A stretch of 64,000 nucleotides of DNA from the NCBI GenBank assembly GCA_037445065.1, contig JBBILD010000015.1, positions 27,575 through 91,574 on the forward strand. The letters run 5' to 3'. Shown here piece by piece: positions 30,055-39,927 of this stretch; within the stretch, counting starts at the first letter, position 1; each line of letters opens with the position of its first letter. The notes under the pieces were generated by a model. It was not told the DNA's origin. It did not search any database and saw nothing but the letters and a program-made list of their open reading frames with translations. The position numbers were made by a program, and so were the translations under genes. Source of the DNA: Myxococcales bacterium. Its GTDB lineage: Bacteria > Desulfobacterota > Binatia > HRBIN30.

Positions 30055-32823
30055 ATGCCACGGACGCTAATCGCTCGGGGTCATTGTACAGTCAGAAAGC
30101 CCGTGGAACGCTCTTGGCTTGTGGTGGTGGGGGCAATGATTCTTTGGCTCGTCGCCGCCCCCGGTCCGGTGGAGGCGTTCAACTGTGGCGGGCGGCAATT
30201 TCAGTTCATCACGGTTTCGCCGTCCTCGGACATTGTGTCGGCTCAGGCAACATACACGGTGAGCGGGCAAGTGCCTTCGCTGGACGGGTGCGACATTGGA
30301 ACCGGTACGAACTTCAGCATTGTTTTTCCCGGTACCACGGATACAGCCACGGTCACGAGTGGCACGGTCAACGGAGTTCCGATCGCGGTTTGGGGCACGC
30401 GCTCCGGTCCAAACCTGACGTTCCGTAGTCCCGTGGTGATCCCGAACAACGCGACTTTCACCATTGTCTTGAACGTTGTCACGAACGACTCGACCCCAGG
30501 CAGCAAAACCCTAACGATGTCGGCGAGCCCGGTGCAAAATGGCAGCATCGGTGCGACCACATCCAGCCCGTATACTCTGTCCGTTCCGACTCCCACGTTT
30601 ACCCCGACATCTACTCACACACCGACCGTGACCAACACGCCCACGGAAACACCAACTCTCACTCGGACTCCGACTCATTCAGTCACACCAACGGTTACGC
30701 ACACGCCCACCCGCACCCCCACTCCGACGCAGACCCCGACGCCGGGGTTCTGCACCTTGCCTTTGGCGGAAAACAACTGCGTACCCGGAGGGGGCCCGCG
30801 GGCTACGGACTGTTTTCTCGAGTGGCTCCCAACTCCCGTGCCGAAGCGCGCCCGGAACGGCCTGCCCACGCGAAAGCTCGTTTGTTACGAGGGCGACCGG
30901 CGTTGCGACGCAGACTCGGATCTCGACAACGGCTCCTGCCAGGTGCGGATGCGGCTTTGCATCAACAATGCGGACCCGCGGCTTTCGACGTGTGTGCCGA
31001 GCGACGTGGACACAGCGGAAGTACGCGGCCCCAACCCGGCTCGCCTACGTGATCAAGCGGACACGAACAACCTGAACACTCTCGAGTTTCACCTAGGGAT
31101 GGGAGGTCTGGGCCTCAATGTTTGGCGGCCCAATGCCCAAGTGTTCGTGGGCGCGGCGAACTCGGAAGCGAACGCCTGCACCGGCCTCATGACGATGGAA
31201 GTACCGTTGCACCGCCGCAGTGGAGGAGGCTTGTCGGCGGGGCGCAAACGGTTTCGGCTCAAGGTGACAGCGTCGAGTGGAAAGGTGGATCGGGACTCGT
31301 TCACCGTCGAATGTCGCCCGAGCACCTGCGGCGATGGGCGGGTGCAAGGGGACCACGAATCCTGCGACGATGGCAACCGCATCAACGGCGACGGCTGCGA
31401 TCAAGGCTGCCAGATTGAAGTGCCTGCCTCTCCAACCCCGACCCATACGGCAACGGAGAGTCCCACGCCTTCACCTTCACCCGAACCGACGAACACCGCG
31501 ACCGCCTCTCCCACTGCAGCGGGGCCTACGGCTACCGCGACCGATACTCCCACAGTGACTCCCACACCAACGATTACCAATACTCCCGGCCCGCAGGTGT
31601 GCGGCAACGGCGTGGTGGAGGGCGACGAGGAGTGCGACGACGGCGGCATTTGCGTGGGTGGGGACAACGCCGGAACCGCCTGCACCGGTGAGGATCAGTG
31701 CATCGGCAACGGAGTGTGTATTTCCGGCACTCGCATCGGCGTGGCATGTGCATCGGATGCAGATTGCCCGGGTAGCGAGTGCGTACACTGCCGCACCTTC
31801 GGGGGCGATGGCTGCGCTGCGAACTGCACCTTCGAGCGTCAAGTGCAGGCGCCGCTAGGCGTGGGCACCGGAGCACGCTTGTTCAACGAAACGTTCGCTG
31901 TCAACCCACTCAACCTGAACATCACCGGCCGCCAAACCATCACCTACGGCAAGGAGCGCAACGGCCAGATTCCCATCGTGATCCGCGCCGAGGATAGCCA
32001 GCTCGATCAAATTTCGGTTTCGGTGCTCGCTTGCGCGTGCGTGCGCACAGTGGAGGCCAAGACTTGCGGTGGCACGCTGTTCGAAGCGGATGGAGTCACG
32101 CTGGCGGTGAACTGTTCGTTGGAAGATAACTGCGCTGCGCTGGGTAAGCCGCCGTGTGCACCCCTGCACGGTCCTGGTAACGCCGCCTCGGGAATGATCT
32201 TCTGCGACGGCCTCGCCGACGGTGCCAACATGTTCTGGCAGCAGGATGCAGGCGGAACGCCCCCACCGCCCCCGCCGACCCCGCCTCCCGGCTCTGGTCC
32301 GCCGGAGATCACCTTCTTCGATCCAGGGCCGGCCGGCTCTGCGATCCTCCTCACCACGGTGCGCATTGGGAACGTGAGCGGTGCGTGTCCGATTGTGCCA
32401 GTGACGCCGCCGCCTTCGCCTACACCGAACGTGTATGGTCCGGACGGCTTGTTCTGCACCGACGACGATCCGGAGTCCTCGCGCGGCAATCCCAACACGA
32501 TTCCGCTCCTCACCGGCAACGTGGCGGTGCAGATCAACAACCATTACCATTCGGTCCGCCGGAGGCCGGAGTTCATCCCTGCCACGCCTCCGGCCACCAC
32601 TGCGGGTATCCCGTTCGACTGTGCAGCGCTGCTCTCCGAAAACCCGACGGTATTCGGGTCTGGGATTGCCGGCGGGTTCACGGCGTTGAACCAGCCGGTG
32701 TTGGGCGACTTGGTGGTGGTGAACCAGTTCCTGTACGTGGTTACGCCGACGCCGAGCAACACCCCGCTGCCGACGTTTACCCGTACACCCACTCGTACCC
32801 CCACGCGCACCCCCAGAAGATAA
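30055..32823 (+). CDS. Large modular secreted Cys-rich protein (myxococcal Cys-rich/DUF4215-type repeats, PT linkers)
   Basis: AGGAGG RBS; CGDGRVQ..ESCDDGNRINGDGCDQGCQIE and CGNGVVEGDEECDDG repeats; three TP-rich linkers. Confidence 0.85.
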   Translation: MPRTLIARGHCTVRKPVERSWLVVVGAMILWLVAAPGPVEAFNCGGRQFQFITVSPSSDIVSAQATYTVSGQVPSLDGCDIGTGTNFSIVFPGTTDTATVTSGTVNGVPIAVWGTRSGPNLTFRSPVVIPNNATFTIVLNVVTNDSTPGSKTLTMSASPVQNGSIGATTSSPYTLSVPTPTFTPTSTHTPTVTNTPTETPTLTRTPTHSVTPTVTHTPTRTPTPTQTPTPGFCTLPLAENNCVPGGGPRATDCFLEWLPTPVPKRARNGLPTRKLVCYEGDRRCDADSDLDNGSCQVRMRLCINNADPRLSTCVPSDVDTAEVRGPNPARLRDQADTNNLNTLEFHLGMGGLGLNVWRPNAQVFVGAANSEANACTGLMTMEVPLHRRSGGGLSAGRKRFRLKVTASSGKVDRDSFTVECRPSTCGDGRVQGDHESCDDGNRINGDGCDQGCQIEVPASPTPTHTATESPTPSPSPEPTNTATASPTAAGPTATATDTPTVTPTPTITNTPGPQVCGNGVVEGDEECDDGGICVGGDNAGTACTGEDQCIGNGVCISGTRIGVACASDADCPGSECVHCRTFGGDGCAANCTFERQVQAPLGVGTGARLFNETFAVNPLNLNITGRQTITYGKERNGQIPIVIRAEDSQLDQISVSVLACACVRTVEAKTCGGTLFEADGVTLAVNCSLEDNCAALGKPPCAPLHGPGNAASGMIFCDGLADGANMFWQQDAGGTPPPPPPTPPPGSGPPEITFFDPGPAGSAILLTTVRIGNVSGACPIVPVTPPPSPTPNVYGPDGLFCTDDDPESSRGNPNTIPLLTGNVAVQINNHYHSVRRRPEFIPATPPATTAGIPFDCAALLSENPTVFGSGIAGGFTALNQPVLGDLVVVNQFLYVVTPTPSNTPLPTFTRTPTRTPTRTPRR

Positions 32824-32841
32824 GTTCTAGGCCGGGAACAA

Positions 32842-32875
32842 GACCGCGCCGCGCCAGACCAGGCGCGGCGCGGTC
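32842..32875. terminator. GC hairpin between convergent genes
   Basis: Perfect 14-bp stem GACCGCGCCGCGCC/GGCGCGGCGCGGTC with a 6-nt loop, 18 nt after the stop; no U-tract. Confidence 0.55.
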
Positions 32876-33144
32876 CGCGGCCGGAGGCGGGCACGCCTGT
32901 GCTGCGGGGCCCTGTAGAGCCCCGGCTTGCCCCCAGTGCGTAGTTCCTCACCGCGAATCGTGCCAGCGCGAGGCAGGGTTGAGAGGACGGGAGCACTCCG
33001 GGTGATGACCCGGGGGTAAGCGTTGCTTTCGCTGGGTTGGTGGAACTGGCGCTTCGGTGGTCCCGACAGACGTTTGCACCCGCACCGGGCTTACCTTTCA
33101 ACGAAGAGGGTGCTTCGCGGTTTGCCCCCCACCGGGGCGCCGGA

Positions 33145-34608
33145 TCAGTACTGGAGACCAGTAATCTCGCGGCCCACAGCACGACTCAGTTGTGCCACAG
33201 CCACGTTGAAGTCGTGCACAGCGCGGAAATAGTCCGTGGATGCTTCCGTGTACGAGCCGAGGCCTTTGAAAAGTTCCTCGGCTTCCCCGATCCCGAGGTC
33301 GAAATTGCTGACCGTCAACACGAGCAGTGCTCGGCCCGCCCTGCGGCCCTCTTCCGCGGCTTTCATTGCTTCGCGCGCTTGCTCCACCTCACCGTAAGCT
33401 TTGCGGATCTCGAGCTGGAGCCCGCTCAATGCAGCACGTTGTTGCGCTTCGAGGCGGGCGAGTTCTGCGCGCGCTTGCTCGACTTTGGCGTTCGTGTTCC
33501 AGAAGTCGAGTTCCCATTGCAGGCCCAGAATGCCGACCGGACGGGCGAAGTTGAAATCTTCTTGCGCAAAGGGGTTCCGCTGGGTCGTGCGGTTCGGAGC
33601 GATGCCGTATTGGAAGCCAGTGCTCAGAAACACGGTCGGAAGGAGGTGCGCCTTTTCGAACTCTACTTTGGCAGACTGCGCAGCGATTCCCCGTGCCAGT
33701 TGTTGGGTTTCCGGGCGCTGGCGCAGTCCCTCCTGTAGATATTCTCCCAGCGGACCGAGTTCGATCTGCACGGGCTGGAGCCTGCGGTCCGCAAGCCGAA
33801 TGGGGCTGCGCACGTCGAGACCGATAGCACGCGCTAGGGCGCTCCGCGCGAGACCTGCCGAGGCACGCACCTCCGCCACGCCCTTGGCCAGCTTCGCTCT
33901 CCCGGTTTGGAGCTTGAGCAGGTCAATCTCAGTGACGCTGGTAGATCCTGCGGCAAGCCGCTCTTTCACCTTGGAAACGGCTTTATCCATGTTGTCCAAC
34001 ATCTCGTCGAGCACGGCGCTGAGCTGGTCTGCCAGCAGCACCCCGTAGTACAGTCGCTTTACATTCAACACCACCTCTGCTCTGCGCGACTCGCCCTGGG
34101 CGCGTTGGGCTTCGAGCCCGTTTTGGGCAGCTTCGAGCGCTGCCGCAAGCTTCCCGAACGTCCAAAGCGGGATGTTGAACATCACCTCGAGCTGGGTAAA
34201 CGGACCCAAGTTCCGCAGCACAGACTGCCGGTTCTGCTTCGGTGGGTCGAGGATGTCGCCTTTTGCTTCGGGGACGAAGCCGAGAACTTGCTTGTACTCC
34301 GCCTCGCCCCAGCGACCCGCGCTAGCTTGTGCAAGCTGGGCACGGGCGGCCGCAATCTCGGCAGCCGCCATCTGGAGATCCGGATCATGCGCGAGCGCGG
34401 CGCGCACGCAGGTCGCGAGGTCGTACTCCGGTTCCCCACTGTCGGCGAGGCACAGGGTGGCAGCAAACAGAATCGCGCTAGCGAATCCGAGGAAACGCGC
34501 CGGGCGCCGACATTGGGTGCGGCTGCCCGCTTCTCCAGTGCGCAAATCCGCATTGCGTGCGGAATTTGCATAGAGCAGCGAAGCGCATGTGTGATTGCGT
34601 TCCTTCAT
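33145..34608 (-). CDS. TolC-family outer-membrane protein
   Basis: LATCVRAAL..DPDL, IPLWTFGKL, VKRLYYG, DLLKLQ, EIRKAY outer-membrane-factor helical repeats; start uncertain. Confidence 0.85.
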   Translation of the reverse strand: MKERNHTCASLLYANSARNADLRTGEAGSRTQCRRPARFLGFASAILFAATLCLADSGEPEYDLATCVRAALAHDPDLQMAAAEIAAARAQLAQASAGRWGEAEYKQVLGFVPEAKGDILDPPKQNRQSVLRNLGPFTQLEVMFNIPLWTFGKLAAALEAAQNGLEAQRAQGESRRAEVVLNVKRLYYGVLLADQLSAVLDEMLDNMDKAVSKVKERLAAGSTSVTEIDLLKLQTGRAKLAKGVAEVRASAGLARSALARAIGLDVRSPIRLADRRLQPVQIELGPLGEYLQEGLRQRPETQQLARGIAAQSAKVEFEKAHLLPTVFLSTGFQYGIAPNRTTQRNPFAQEDFNFARPVGILGLQWELDFWNTNAKVEQARAELARLEAQQRAALSGLQLEIRKAYGEVEQAREAMKAAEEGRRAGRALLVLTVSNFDLGIGEAEELFKGLGSYTEASTDYFRAVHDFNVAVAQLSRAVGREITGLQY

Positions 34609-34680
34609 ACGCAAGCCCTTTTTTCCCTGCAGCGAATCTGCTTCAAACACGCTCCGCTCGTGGAAACAATGGGAAGTGCG

Positions 34681-35694
34681 ATGAGTACCCAGGCTGTGCC
34701 TGCCACGCGCGAACTCCCAGTCGCCGTGGGGGCGGGTCCCGAGCCAGTGCCTGGTGGGCGCCCGGAGGTGGCCCTCTCGGTGCGCGGCCTGCGCAAGGTG
34801 TATGGGAAGACAGTCGCTGTGCACGAGCTTTCGTTCGAAATCAGCACCGGTGAGGTGTTCGGACTGCTCGGCCCCAACGGCGCTGGGAAAACCACCACGA
34901 TTTCCATGATCGCCTCGCAGCTTCGCCCGACAAGCGGTGACGCCCTGGTGTTCGGTCACTCCGTCTTACGCCAAACCCGTAGGGTGCGGGAACTCATCGG
35001 ACTCGTACCCCAAGAGGTGTCCGTGTACCCGCAACTGACCGCGCGCGAGAACCTCAAATTTTTCGGCCGCATGTACGGGGTCACGGGAGCCCAGCTCGAG
35101 CGCAAGGTGGACGAATTGCTCGAATTGGTCGGCCTCGACCAGCGCTCGGCCGAGGCGGTAAGCCAGTTTTCCGGAGGGATGAAGCGGCGCCTGAACCTTG
35201 CCGTGAGTCTGGTGCACAGCCCTCGCTTGCTCCTGCTCGACGAGCCGACGGTGGGCGTCGACCCGCATTCGCGCGAGAAGATTTTCACCATTGTGCGCGA
35301 ATTGCGCGATCGCGGAATCGCGATTTTGTACACCACCCATTACATGGAGGAGGCCGAGCGCCTCTGCGACCGCTTGGCCATTATGGACGAAGGCAAGATC
35401 ATCGCCCTCGGCCCCTTGGTGGACCTACTGGCAGAAGCCGGGTGCTCTGAAGTCGTGCAGATTCGCGGCTTGCCACCGCGTGCGGACCTGAGTGCGCTAC
35501 AAACCCTGCCCGGTGTCTGCCGGGTCGAGGTGCACGTGGGTGAGACACGCCTATTCGTGAATCGCGCTGCGCGCTTACTCGGACCGCTGCATCAGTTTCT
35601 CGGCCGCTTCGGCGATCAGGTCATGGTCGAGATTGCTCCCTTGAGTCTCGAGAATCTGTTTCTCCAACTGACTGGAAAGGAGCTGAGAGATTGA
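34681..35694 (+). CDS. ABC-2 (DrrA-type) exporter ATP-binding subunit
   Basis: GPNGAGKTT, FSGGMKRR, LLLDEPT, TTHYMEEAE motifs. Confidence 0.93.
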   Translation: MSTQAVPATRELPVAVGAGPEPVPGGRPEVALSVRGLRKVYGKTVAVHELSFEISTGEVFGLLGPNGAGKTTTISMIASQLRPTSGDALVFGHSVLRQTRRVRELIGLVPQEVSVYPQLTARENLKFFGRMYGVTGAQLERKVDELLELVGLDQRSAEAVSQFSGGMKRRLNLAVSLVHSPRLLLLDEPTVGVDPHSREKIFTIVRELRDRGIAILYTTHYMEEAERLCDRLAIMDEGKIIALGPLVDLLAEAGCSEVVQIRGLPPRADLSALQTLPGVCRVEVHVGETRLFVNRAARLLGPLHQFLGRFGDQVMVEIAPLSLENLFLQLTGKELRD

Positions 35695-36302
35695 TGCGCC
35701 GGATCATCCCGTATGCCGCCGGGTTGGGGCTGTGGGTGCTGTGCGTGCTGCCGTGCGCAAGCCATGCGGAAACGCCCTTAGAGCGTACCCGCCAAGTGCT
35801 CCAAGAAGCACGGCGCATTGTGGATAGTGACAAAGCTCACAACGAGAAACTTGCCGATCTTTCCCTCTTACTGCGCGACTTCCTCGACACGGACACGATG
35901 GGAAAACAGGCTCTCGATCGGCACTGGGAACGGTTTACGCCTGAACAGCGGCGGGAGTTTTTGCAGCTTTTCCGCGAGTTGTTCCAGCGCACGTACGTGC
36001 AGAAACTCCTGCTGTTCGAGAAGCCTGACTTTGCATACGTCGGCGAGCAGGTGAACGGCGAGCGCGCGCACGTGGACACGAAAATCATCACACCGCGTGA
36101 CGAGTTTTTGGTTGCTTACGACCTGGTGCTCGCTGGCTCGTCGTGGAAGGCAGTGGACATCAAGATCGAGGACCTGAGCCTAACAGTGAATTTTCGTCGC
36201 CAGCTGGATCGCCTGCTGCAAAAGGAAAGCCCCGCGGAGCTGCTCGCACGCATGCGCAAGCGCTACGGGCCTGGGGGCCAGGGAAACGAGGAAGACCTGT
36301 GA
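35694..36302 (+). CDS. mlaC: MlaC/Ttg2D-family periplasmic lipid-binding protein
   Basis: Signal peptide; LDRHWERFTPEQRREF..LF, WKAVDIKIEDLSLTVNFRRQ signature; TGATG overlap with the ATPase gene. Confidence 0.8.
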   Translation: MRRIIPYAAGLGLWVLCVLPCASHAETPLERTRQVLQEARRIVDSDKAHNEKLADLSLLLRDFLDTDTMGKQALDRHWERFTPEQRREFLQLFRELFQRTYVQKLLLFEKPDFAYVGEQVNGERAHVDTKIITPRDEFLVAYDLVLAGSSWKAVDIKIEDLSLTVNFRRQLDRLLQKESPAELLARMRKRYGPGGQGNEEDL

Positions 36303-37393
36303 AGCTCTTGCGCGTGATGCTCAAAGACCTGCGCTTGATCGTGCGCGACCGCTCCGCGTTGGTTTCGCTCTTGGTCGTGCCGATCATCATTATTCTCGTG
36401 GTGGCAGAGACACAGTCCGAAATCGGCACCCAGAGCATCTTGTTTCCAATTGTTAATGAAGATCAGGGTCCGGTGGCCAATGCGCTGATTAAGGTGTTTC
36501 GTGAGCACTTGGATGTGCAAGTGGTGGATCGGGCGACGGCGGAGCGGCTGGTGGCGGTGGAAAACAAGGCACCGGCGATGCTGGTTCTGCCAGCGGGCTT
36601 GAGTAAGCGCTATCTGACGAACAAGCCGAGCAAAATCGAGCTGCTCACCGATCCAGCTCAGTGGGCGGAACTGCAGGCAATCAAGGTGGTGTTCCTGCTT
36701 GCCGATCGAGAGGCGGCTACCCTGGGCGATCCGTTTAGCGAGGAGCTGCTCACGCTCGAAGAACGGTCGCTGACTGGGAAGCGCCTCAAGTTCACCTCTC
36801 TCGAGCAAAACATCCCAGGTTTCAGTGTGATGTTCGTGCTGTTGAGCTTGATCTTCAGTGTGGCCTTTGGCTTGCGCGACGAAGAGGTGTGGGGAACCAC
36901 GCGCCGACTGGCCGTGGCACCGGTGTCGCCGTTGACGATCTTGGGCGGTAAGTTGGCCGCGCGCTTGCTGGTCGGCACAGCGCAACTACTGATCTTGCTG
37001 CTTTTCGGCCATCTCGTGTACGGGCTCAGCTTGGGTCGCTCGCCCGTGGCGATGTTCGTGGTGGCTGCGTCCATCGTCTTTTCCATGGCCTGCTTCAGCA
37101 TGATTGTGGCTGCCATGGCGCGCACCCGGGAGCAAATTATTCCCGTGGGCTTGTCAGCCGTCTTCATTCTCGCTGCGCTGGGCGGCTGCTGGTGGCCGTT
37201 TTATGAGCAGCCGAAATGGATGCAGTGGATCGCACATGGACTCATGACTACGTGGTCCATGTTCGCCATCCACGATGTGATGCTGCGTGACCGCACCCTG
37301 CTCGAAGTGGCGCCCAAGCTCGGCATCTTGCTGGCTTACGGCGGTGTTTCCTTTTGGATCGGCATGCGGCTGTTTCGCTACAGCGAGCTGTGA
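36299..37393 (+). CDS. ABC-2 exporter permease
   Basis: KDLRLIVRDR N-terminus, periplasmic loop, GTTRRLAVAP, GK..LGGCWWP, multiple TM helices; GTGA overlap. Confidence 0.9.
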   Translation: MKLLRVMLKDLRLIVRDRSALVSLLVVPIIIILVVAETQSEIGTQSILFPIVNEDQGPVANALIKVFREHLDVQVVDRATAERLVAVENKAPAMLVLPAGLSKRYLTNKPSKIELLTDPAQWAELQAIKVVFLLADREAATLGDPFSEELLTLEERSLTGKRLKFTSLEQNIPGFSVMFVLLSLIFSVAFGLRDEEVWGTTRRLAVAPVSPLTILGGKLAARLLVGTAQLLILLLFGHLVYGLSLGRSPVAMFVVAASIVFSMACFSMIVAAMARTREQIIPVGLSAVFILAALGGCWWPFYEQPKWMQWIAHGLMTTWSMFAIHDVMLRDRTLLEVAPKLGILLAYGGVSFWIGMRLFRYSEL

Positions 37394-37409
37394 AGGGATG
37401 GAAGTCGTG

Positions 37410-38474
37410 ATGAGCCATGCGCGAGTCGGCACCACGCGAGCAGGACGTTGGCGCAGCGGGCGCGCCTACGGCACCTGGCTCGGGCTGTTTCTTGTGGTGT
37501 GCTGGTGTTGTGGTGCGGCAGGGGCCGTGACCCTGGTAGTCCAGGGAGGAGAGGTGAGTCCAGGAGACACCCCGGACGTATGTGTGGCGGTGCCGGACAA
37601 CGACGGCACCGTGGCGGGATTGCAGTTGGACTTGGTCTGGGACAGTTCTTGCCTGACGGTAGACACGGCTTTCGGGAAAGAAGGCGCGTGCGTGGTCAGC
37701 CCGGGTGTGCAAAAGACGTTACACAGCAATGTGCGCTCGCCTGGCTCTTTGCGGATATTACTGCTGAGCTTGAGTGACACGAGCACGATTCCCGCTGGGG
37801 TGACACAACTGTTTTGCTGCCAGTTTCGGGTTTCGCCTGCTGCTTCCGGGCGTACGTGCGCGGTCTCGCTGAGCGGTGCGATTGCATCAGATCCGAACGG
37901 CAATCGTCTCGGAAACTTACGCACGGTGCCGGGGGCGATTGTGGTAGGGCGGCCTTCTGCTGAGGAGATGGGCGGAGGAGCCCCTGGGGCTCCTTCCCGC
38001 CCGGTGGTGGTACCGCCTGTGGTCGAGGGTGGTCCCGTTCCAGCTCCTGCACCAGCAGATGTGCGCGGTTCGCAGCCCGCTGCACCTGCAGCCGCTCCCT
38101 TGGCCCCGGTCGTACCGGCTCGGCCCCCTGGTGCGGCGCCGGGCCAGGCACCGGTGCAGGAAGCGGAAATGCCACCGCGGCAGGACGCGTCAGGGACGGA
38201 AGAAGCGCCGGCTGCGAGGGAAGTTCCGGCGGCGGATCAGTCCCCGGCTGCAAGCCCGGCCGCCTCTGCCGCCCGCTCTCCGGTGGCGGATCGCACGCCG
38301 AGCCCGGAGCCCAAGCAAACACCGAGTCCGGGAAGTGTGCCGACAACCGTGGTGCCAGAGCGAACAGGGACTGTGGCTCCCGAGACGAAAGTGCCAGGCA
38401 CCCCAACTCTGCAGCGAACGCCGGTGACTCCCGGCCCTGGTGGGAGTGGGGGACAACAGCAGCAACGCCGATGA
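37410..38474 (+). CDS. Secreted cohesin-like domain protein with Pro/Ala-rich tail
   Basis: Hydrophobic signal; PGDT..VAGLQLDLVWD..LRILL..LFCCQFRV..SDPNG pattern; low-complexity C-terminal half. Confidence 0.62.
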   Translation: MSHARVGTTRAGRWRSGRAYGTWLGLFLVVCWCCGAAGAVTLVVQGGEVSPGDTPDVCVAVPDNDGTVAGLQLDLVWDSSCLTVDTAFGKEGACVVSPGVQKTLHSNVRSPGSLRILLLSLSDTSTIPAGVTQLFCCQFRVSPAASGRTCAVSLSGAIASDPNGNRLGNLRTVPGAIVVGRPSAEEMGGGAPGAPSRPVVVPPVVEGGPVPAPAPADVRGSQPAAPAAAPLAPVVPARPPGAAPGQAPVQEAEMPPRQDASGTEEAPAAREVPAADQSPAASPAASAARSPVADRTPSPEPKQTPSPGSVPTTVVPERTGTVAPETKVPGTPTLQRTPVTPGPGGSGGQQQQRR

Positions 38475-38594
38475 CTGGGCTGCGGATGCCTGCTCAGAGG
38501 GAAGCTGGCCATTTGCCCGAACCCAGCCCCGTTAGGGGACGGCGGGCGCGAGTCGCGAATCCAAGCAGCAAGAAGGAGAAGGGAGGACACGCGG

Positions 38595-39443
38595 ATGAAC
38601 TACGGCGTCATGATCTTTCCCACCGACTATTCGATCCGGCCGGACGAGCTGGCTCGGGAAGCGGAGGCGCGTGGGTTTGAGTCGCTGTTCGTGCCGGAGC
38701 ACACCCACATCCCAGCGAGCCGCAAGACACCCTATCCCGCCGGAGGTGAGTTGCCGAAAGAGTACTGGCATACGCACGATCCCTTTGTGGCTTTGGCCAT
38801 GTGCGCGGCGGTGACTTCGCGCCTCAAGATTGCCACCGGCATCTGTCTGCTGATCGAGCGCGACACGATTATCACGGCAAAGGAAGTGGCAAGCTTGGAC
38901 TTTTTGTCGGGCGGGCGCTTCATCTTTGGCATTGGTGGGGGGTGGAACGTGGAGGAAATGGCGAACCATGGAACCGACTTCCGTACCCGGTGGAAGAAAC
39001 TGCGCGAGCAGGTGGCCGCGCTCAAGAAAATCTGGAGCGAGGACGCGCCCGAGTTTCACGGGGAATTCGTGAATTTCGACCCGATTTGGTCGTATCCGAA
39101 GTCGCTCCAGAAACCGCATCCGCCCATCTTGCTGGGCGGGCACTCCCGCCAAGTGCTCGAGCGCGTAGTCGAGTACTGCGACGGGTGGCTGCCGCTCGGT
39201 GCGCGCGGCGAAGCGATCATCCCGCACATTGCTCGGCTGCGCCAACTTGCGGAAGAACGAGGGCGCGATCCCAAGAGTGTATCTGTGAGCGTGTATTGGG
39301 CTCCGGCCGATCGGGCCATCATCGAAAAATACCGCGACGCCGGCGTCGAGCGCGTGATCTTTGGCTTGCCGTCGGCCGAGCGCGACATGGTGTTGCCGCT
39401 GCTCGACCGATACACCGAGCTGATGGACGGAAAGCCAGCGTGA
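38595..39443 (+). CDS. LLM-class (probably F420-dependent, Rv2161c-like) oxidoreductase
   Basis: EARGFESLFVPEHTHIP, DPFVAL, SLDFLSGGRF, GWNVEEM, QKPHPP motifs. Confidence 0.88.
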   Translation: MNYGVMIFPTDYSIRPDELAREAEARGFESLFVPEHTHIPASRKTPYPAGGELPKEYWHTHDPFVALAMCAAVTSRLKIATGICLLIERDTIITAKEVASLDFLSGGRFIFGIGGGWNVEEMANHGTDFRTRWKKLREQVAALKKIWSEDAPEFHGEFVNFDPIWSYPKSLQKPHPPILLGGHSRQVLERVVEYCDGWLPLGARGEAIIPHIARLRQLAEERGRDPKSVSVSVYWAPADRAIIEKYRDAGVERVIFGLPSAERDMVLPLLDRYTELMDGKPA

Positions 39444-39927
39444 AGGCGAGCGCGGCGCCCCCGGTTTTTGGGTAGCTGCATCTCAGCCGTGGCCTGCTCG
39501 AGTCACCTTGGAGCTGGGTTCGCCCCCGCACACGGGTGCTCAGGTGAATCGAGTCCGCGGGAAGACAGAGACCTCGCCTCGAAGCTGCTCGTCGTCGCTT
39601 CCTCAGCGTTCCCGAACCAGATCTCGTGTCGCTGTGGCGGTTGGCTGCCCGCCGGGAGAGGCCCTCGTTGTGCAGGTGGCGGGCACAGTGCCCACGGCGA
39701 ATGAGCGGGTGATCCAGACCCACTCCCCTCCGTTCTCCCTGCTGTTGCACGAACGTAGCTGCCGCCCGTTGGAACGGAACTGTGATGGGTGATTCGAGGA
39801 CCGCAGGGTGCGCTGCTCGTGGAGACACCCTGGTCCGGTGAGGCGTATCGCGCCGCCTACCCCTGCGGCTTCGCTTCCGCGCTTCCGAGGACACCCACTG
39901 CAAGCCGGCGAAACGCCACCCCCAGGG

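Noticed and set aside
33907..34959. Apparent 1-kb overlap between TolC and ABC ATPase, and other long N-terminal extensions in the ORF track
   Set aside because: This is an artefact of choosing the most upstream start; family homology begins near 34608 (-) and 34681 (+).
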